A stretch of 54,984 bases of DNA, filler included, from Sphacelaria rigidula (lineage: Eukaryota), in the NCBI GenBank assembly GCA_964200075.2. It is 6 parts of 6 records of this genome, joined end to end, with 100 filler letters (N's around TTAATTAATTAA, not from the genome) between each part and the next. Parts side by side here need not be neighbours in the genome. Positions count along the whole stretch, not along the records: positions 45,906 to 54,984 come from CAXNAA020009352.1; 5 more parts are not named here. One strand, written 5' to 3'. A model generated the notes under the pieces. The model saw only the letters and a program-made list of their open reading frames with translations. It was not told the DNA's origin and made no database searches. The translations under genes were made by a program, and so were the position numbers. This document shows positions 49,101-54,984 of this stretch, piece after piece. Within the stretch, counting starts at the first letter, position 1, and every line of letters starts with the position of its first letter.

Positions 49101-52100
49101 GAGAGCAAAACTCACATAGCTGCAAATATGTAAAATATGCGACGAGGAACGGGACGTGTTAGAGAGAAAAATGTGGGAAGTAAACGAAGGTGACATAAGA
49201 GCGCTTCGTACACGTGACAGTAGCGAGAACGATCGCTAGACTCGGAGATAAGAGGTAGACACAGACGGCGAGATAGGACGGTGATAATATATGTAAAAGG
49301 TTTTTGTGAAATGCATCGAAGAAACGTAATGAGCGCGCAGATATTGGTGTTGGAGGTGTCTCTGTCAGGAGTAGGAACGGTGCTCCGTCTCGAAGGGGAT
49401 GCGTGATCAATGGTCATTTGACAGAGACAAGCAACAGGTGACCCCTCCCCCCCCCCTCCCCTCCTAACAGTACCACATAAGGGTTAGGTACGAGAGTAAT
49501 GAAACGAACCAGGCTTGAAATCACAGTCTCGCGGGGGAGGGGTTGGTGGAGTCACGGTGGAAATCGTGCGATAAAATAAAGATCACGTATGTGAAAGTAT
49601 CAAAGCGCCGTGCACTGAATTATTTAACTATTTCTTGTATTTATCACATGGCAGACAGTAGCACCCCCCTCCCTCCATGCCCTGAGGGTCGGCGTCGGTT
49701 GGCAACGACGCTGTAAAACACGCCACTCATTGCGTAAGCTAGGCATATTTTACGTGTTTTGCGTGGTCGTTTCTGTTTCCGCTTGCTTTTTGGGGGGGGG
49801 TAACCATGACGATGGTCGAGTTAGATCATATTGTGCGCAGTGAAGAACCCCAACTCCGCGCAAAGGGGATGATCGTACTACTACGTAGTGTTCAAATGGT
49901 GAAACACCCATGAGGCAGTGTAACGCGTAGCTGTCTGTGGAAGTGGCGGTAACAAGAACTGGAGCAACTCCTTCGAGGCTGCCATCCACACGCAAGATAA
50001 TGACTGCGCTTCAGGCCGAAGAGTCTTGGCAAAATGCAGCGCACCCTTAATGCGATTCGCAGAGAAAATTAATGCACTTTGCGCTTAGTGACTGCGAGCG
50101 TGATCCGGCGAAAACCCGGCGTGCTCCGTCCGGGCTTTGTAGGGATACGAGGTCAACGCTTTCATGACTACGGTGTGCAGAATCATGAGTACGCCGCCCT
50201 CCCCTTCCCCCCCGCCCCCAAATTCCCTCGTGATGGGTAATTTCGCCTTCGAGTACCCAAAAAACGGGGGGAAATACGCGAAAAAAATAGCGACGTATCG
50301 ATTCCACAACGAATGAAGTAGTTTCGAAATAATCACAATCTCGAGAGAGAACGACCGCTGAACCCTTCTCGTGATAAAAAATAACGCAAACCCCGCAGAA
50401 GGAAGGTGGAGTGCTAAAACGAAATAAGAATTCGAAAAAATCTCCCGTGTGACCGCGGCTGATGCGTCCGCACATACCGGGATGTATAGGCTGACGTCAA
50501 CATTGTTACTGGCGGCTTGTGCCCGAGATCATACTGCTGCCAGCCGTGACTAGAGGGGCGTAAGCAGGAGTGACAGTCCCTACCACTGCTGCGTGTTGCA
50601 GCGGTCTCTCCCTCTTGGTTCGCGTGATCTCCCAGCCGCTCGTTGGCATTGGTGAATTGAACAGATGTGCCTCGGTTTGTGTTGGTCTGCGGAGGCGTTT
50701 TTTTGCTTTGCAGACCTCCGCCAACACTAAAACAAAAAGATGAATCATCCTTCGAAAGTGTCATGACTTTTCCGAACAAACACCAGATCATTTTTATCCC
50801 AGAAGGATCCAGGTCGCCTCCACACTACATCCCTGTCTAGTTTGCCTCTCTTTATTGGAATTGGTTGATTATGGTACAGGGGGGCATGTTCTCGCCTCGA
50901 CACGCTTTTTGCGTGTAAACGAAAAATAAATCGCTGGCCGTTTTATCGCTCCAACCTCTGCTGGTGTGATTGGTTTAGTATCACCGAAAATATATATATA
51001 TATTATATATATATATAAAAGACAGTGCTGCACCACATCGGGTGGAGCCGAGAAAGGTTAACACTCATCAAACGGCTACATCCAAGTAAGCACTGTTCTC
51101 GACATCAAAGGAGCGAGTAGCAACCGACACTTCACGGAAAACAGATGAGTTTTTTCATATGGTATTGACACTGGAGCCCAATAGTTCACGGTTAGGACGA
51201 ATCATCACAACTACGAATCACCAAATTCACGATTTTTTCGGCCTGATTGCCCGAAAGGGAGAAAAGGTTGACCGCTGGTCCAAGGGGTATCCACGGAACT
51301 TTTGCGCCATTCCACGTGTCTGGGTTGCGTGTACCTGGGTTGCAACGGTGAAAACAAAGTCTAGGCATTTGTTCGTACGATTCGAATCAATTATACTAAA
51401 ACCAATTAATTTCCAGACGAATCATCATTTTCCCGACCCTTGCAACAGTTACTGATACGGTACAAAAACTGAGCGATTTGTCACATCAAGTAAGAACCAA
51501 GGAGTCATTCAAATGCTCTCGTAGATTCAAGATGTCCTTGGTAGGTAATAGCATTGGAGGATAACTATCCCAGTACGCACTTGGGGGGAAGACAATATAC
51601 ACTCGCCACCTCCACACCCACCCCTCGGAATGAATCAAATACCAAGATCAACGCAAGGCAATCACTCACATATTTACTTTGCAGTACTGCACGGGTCAGG
51701 CGTTTTGCGGTATGCTTTGTGCCAATTATATACATGAATGGTGTGTGAACTTCGAGTTTTTCGTGCGCGGGTGATGCTTTGAATATTCCGTGCAGGAAAA
51801 TAAAACGTTTAGGCGCCACCACGTGAAAATTGACCGAAAAACGAAAGTCGGTGACGGAGGTACACCTTGCGAATATCAATTTCCTATCACGCCTTTCCAA
51901 ATCACCACAGAAACCTGAGGAAGACGGCACGGTTAAGCGTAATATTTCTCCACAGTCACGTCTCAGGAATTATACCCGTTTCTTTCAAGACGTTTCAGTA
52001 CCCGTTCTTCCCCAAACTGATTATGCACCTTTTCCAAAAATACCGGGTACTGAAAACGTCTTGAAAGAAACGGGTACAGTACCTAAAAGTTAAAAAGTCA

Positions 52101-52594
52101 CTTGGTGCCAGCCCTTGATACAAGTACGAAACAAAAAAATGCCATGCAGACACTGACTACGCTTCCATGTGCCCGGTGCCAGATTGTACAGCTACAAGGT
52201 CACATCCACCATGCAAAGCCGAATACCCCAGGGCAGGTGCACCACAAGAACGTACGTCCTGGCACCAACTGTGAGTCCCGATTATTTCATTTCGAACAAA
52301 GGAAGCAACACGCCACGCCGCGTGTTCGTGGCCAAACAACGGCGCCGTGATGGTGATACCTGCGGGACAATATCGGGGGGAAAAGCTTTTGTTGACCGAT
52401 TTTCCGACTTTCCGCACATACATGATTCCACGGCGCCTGTACCGCGAAGCCGAAAAACAACCATCGCAGAGATCGAGCGAGGTCCCACTCCGACCCGCCG
52501 TCGTCACCAATGGGCGACGCCTCCTTCAACCGATCTTGTTTCCGCGCGTCGATCAGCTGCGCTGTCGCATCCGCCGCGGGAAAAATTATCCCTG
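46149..52594 (-). CDS. Mpv17/PMP22 family membrane protein (3 internal exons; first and last exons not found)
   Basis: Exons 52422-52594 (AGIIFPAADATAQ...WDLARSLRWLFFGFAVQAPWNH), 48055-48180 (FFYVLLDGALP...KVVIDQFVQAPIFTVIIFG) and 46149-46307 (VLGLLEGK...NWGVFVPAAVVNLAFCPPQLRVLFLN) join in phase 0. Family motifs D..AQ, D..R..R, K...DQ and NW....P...N....P...R are all present. Confidence 0.93.
47480..47820 (-). mobile_element. SINE family B copy with tRNA-like head (intronic)
   Basis: Homology to 8760-9010. Minus-strand head CCCTGGTGGTATAA ... GGGTACGATTCC. Confidence 0.75.
49010..49445 (+). mobile_element. LINE ORF2 3' remnant (intronic)
   Basis: Homologous to 16560-16970 (tgcccctgtggcaaag...gagagca.aactca; gtaggaacggtgctccgtctcgaa). 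Confidence 0.75.
50340..50500 (+). mobile_element. SINE family A fragment
   Basis: Reverse-complement match to 7670-7850. Confidence 0.6.
51187..51442 (+). mobile_element. hAT-like MITE family C, complete, 8-bp TSD
   Basis: Ends cacggttagga / tcccgacccttg. Flanks caatagtt and caacagtt match at 7 of 8. Confidence 0.85.
51973..52076. repeat. 32/33-bp inverted repeat with 39-nt loop (intronic hairpin)
   Basis: tacccgtttctttcaagacgtttcagtacccg pairs with cgggtactgaaaacgtcttgaaagaaacgggta, with a single 1-nt bulge. Confidence 0.9.
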
Positions 52595-53240
52595 CTGTGA
52601 TTGACTTTTCTCGGTGGCCCCAGCAGGTTGAGGTTATGTGTTATACACCGAGAGGAGGGGGGGGGGGGGGGTGAGGGAGAAGGGGGAGTTATCGGCACAG
52701 TATATCTTACGGGTGAGGGTCATAGTTGGACATCCTATCGAAGCAATCCCTGTTCGAGCGACGTAAGCTGCGCACGCCGAGATTCACTGGCGACTACAAA
52801 ATCCACCATGTATTTAAAGTATGTATTTTGTGCACCCCCGTGTCGAACGAAACTCACGCATTGCCGTAGCTACTGCTGTTGAGATAGTTTTCAAATGTCG
52901 CCGATGTTGAGCGGTGGGTGATATGCCGCACATGAAGGCGTGGCATGCAATCCGGAACAGGGAATACGCCCTCAGCTCTCCCACAGCATCGTCAAGCTGC
53001 CGAGGATGAGGACTAACCGATACCTCGGGGGGCGGCTATTGACTTCTTTTTACCTCAGATTATCCCACCGTGCGGCATGCATGTCCCCTTCCAACTTGGA
53101 CTTTTGAAACAACAGCTCGTGCACATTTTTTCAGAGTGACGGCAATCCACTCCTCCCCAGTCCCCTCGCGAGGTCCCACTGAACTGTTAAATGAACGATC
53201 ATGCAGCACGGCCCGCTGAGACAAAGATGTGGCATATTAG

Positions 53241-53320
53241 ACAAGTCATGACTCCTATTGGCGTGAGTCCTGCGGGTCATACAAGTCATGACTTATATTG
53301 GCTTGAGTCCTGCGGGTCAT
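53241..53320. repeat. 40-bp tandem duplication within a GACTC/GAGTC-rich tract
   Basis: acaagtcatgact..tattggc.tgagtcctgcgggtcat occurs twice. Confidence 0.9.
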
Positions 53321-53399
53321 TCCCGAAAATGAGGACGAATGAGCCGAGTCGTCTGGGCTATTCGCTGGAATGAGGACGTTTATGACTCGAATATTCACG

Positions 53400-54984
53400 A
53401 GTTGCTTTCCAGAACAAGGAGCAAGTGAAACTCGAGTCCCCCGAGTCACGTCGGCAACATGAGAGACGAGTCTGACGTGGTTACGACGAGAAAAAGGGAT
53501 AAGCTTGAAACTTACCAAGATCATGAGGTTTAGCGCCAACGAGGAAATGGTCTATTCCATCTCTTCGGATGGCTACTTATCCCCGGGGAGGCAGGGCGAT
53601 TCACCCGAAACGGTTCAGATGTTCGTCCATTCGGAGATTCGAATCTTGGCGGTGAGGTCCAGCTCACTGTGTATCCTCAATGCTTTTACTTTTTCGACGC
53701 TCAGATGTAAGTTCTTCAATTTCCATGTGAGTGTTTCCCGCTCGCCACCGTGCACACTCGGACGCGCACGGTAACTGCACCGAAACGAAAACAGCACGAC
53801 AAACGATGGGCATGAACTAAGCCATCCCTTTTCCTAGACTCCAACGGCTGACGTACGATTCGAGTACTAGGAGTCATTTTCCTAGGATGGGGAGTGCGAG
53901 TTGAGTCCTGCAGGGCAATTGAGAGAGTTGGGACGACTATGACTGACTCGGGCCCTGCGAGTGATTCAAGAGAATGAGGACGAGGAAGAGCGCTTATCAA
54001 CGGGGTATTTTTTTTTTTCAGATTTTTTACTTTTTCGGAAAAATTGGACATTAACTCGTCTTCTCTCAAAACATACTTGCTAAACAAAATCCGATGCTAG
54101 ATCTTCGAAGGAATCCGTAGTCATCACTCAGTCATAGTCGATCTATTGCCTGACCTGGTTCAGGGGTCTGTCTTAGTTAGACGGGTAAACAGTATGAGAG
54201 GAGATTCTGCTACTGCATGAAACTTGCGCAAAACGCTGCTCACAGGAAGTGACGTAACTCTCTCAACTTTTGCGCTAAAAACGACCTGAGAGCATTGTAC
54301 GAAAGGGGGATGCTTCAAGCCGTCTACCTGTCTCGACGCTATATGTGCAATACTGACGTCATCGGATCGAAAAAACGCGCACATATCACTAGCAAAACCA
54401 TTTTCTGGTCGGTCCCAGGATAGCAGCTGCTTCTTCTGCTCCTGAAGCTCGTTAAAGTACAAACTCAGCGTACGAACTCACCAGCAGTGCATCAGTTGAT
54501 GATATCCCCTGATTGGCCCCAGATACACGTGTATCAGTTTCCATACGTACGTTTGGGCATGTGCGGGGGGGTTTTACCGGGGCTCTAAATAGGCACATAT
54601 GACACCTGAAAGTAAGGATTTTGCACCCTCTCTCGGGATCGAAGGCCCTAGTACGCCCCTAGGATACCCACGAAATTTAGAACTCTTAACGTCCTTTACC
54701 GTGCGCAGCGGTGAATTCCCCACCCTGCTGCCGTGTAGATGACTGCTGTTTCGCCGCTTATTTTGGTAACATCCTCAATGATGTGTGGCAACGTGTTGGT
54801 GAGGTAAGGAACGGGTTTGTTTTTCAACACGGGAGGTTTTTCGTCATCTACACCGAGACGGTCGAATCGTCCGAAACGACCGTCACCCCCCTGAAACCCC
54901 GTCATGTGGCGGGAATTAGGGTGCAAAAAGGTTCAAAATCGACGTGGTCAGTGCAGAGTTACGAGAGAAAATGTGTAAAAAAAA
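53400..54984 (-). pseudogene. Unclassified degenerate coding repeat (copy 2)
   Basis: 54170-54780 is homologous to 38250-38670. There is a series of minus-strand ORF fragments (53716-54087, 54160-54462, 54696-54926). Confidence 0.5.

Noticed and set aside
48041-49108. 355-aa minus-strand ORF
   Set aside because: It is a chance read-through of intronic repeats. The real Mpv17 exon (48055-48180) is in another frame.

Overview
This is eukaryotic, intron-rich, repeat-dense DNA. The exon/intron style, codon usage and TE content suggest a brown alga or related stramenopile (inference only). It is not one locus. It is six independent scaffolds of 9082, 9082, 9081, 9080, 9080 and 9079 bp, in descending length order, joined by identical 100-bp spacers (44 N + TTAATTAATTAA + 44 N), so nothing can be inferred from proximity across a spacer. 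Four host genes, all partial and on the minus strand, could be spliced together by hand: (1) the 3' part of a WNK/NRBP-like pseudokinase (4849-8346); (2) two or three exons of an uncharacterised coiled-coil protein (9652-11366, possibly 17109-17203); (3) a gene built of tandem exons that each encode one 6-Cys module, four of them 105-bp phase-1 exons (31850-35197); (4) three exons of an Mpv17/PMP22-family membrane protein (46149-52594). The rest is decayed Ty3/gypsy and Ty1/copia retrotransposons, LINE 3' ends, two tRNA-derived SINE families, several MITE families (hAT-like with 8-bp TSDs, and AACA...TGTT-ended elements with 4-bp TSDs), palindromic minisatellite arrays, microsatellites, two hairpins, and an unclassified degenerate coding repeat found on two scaffolds. 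No rRNA, intact tRNA or true CRISPR array was found. The strongest novelty candidate is the one-module-per-exon Cys-rich gene.
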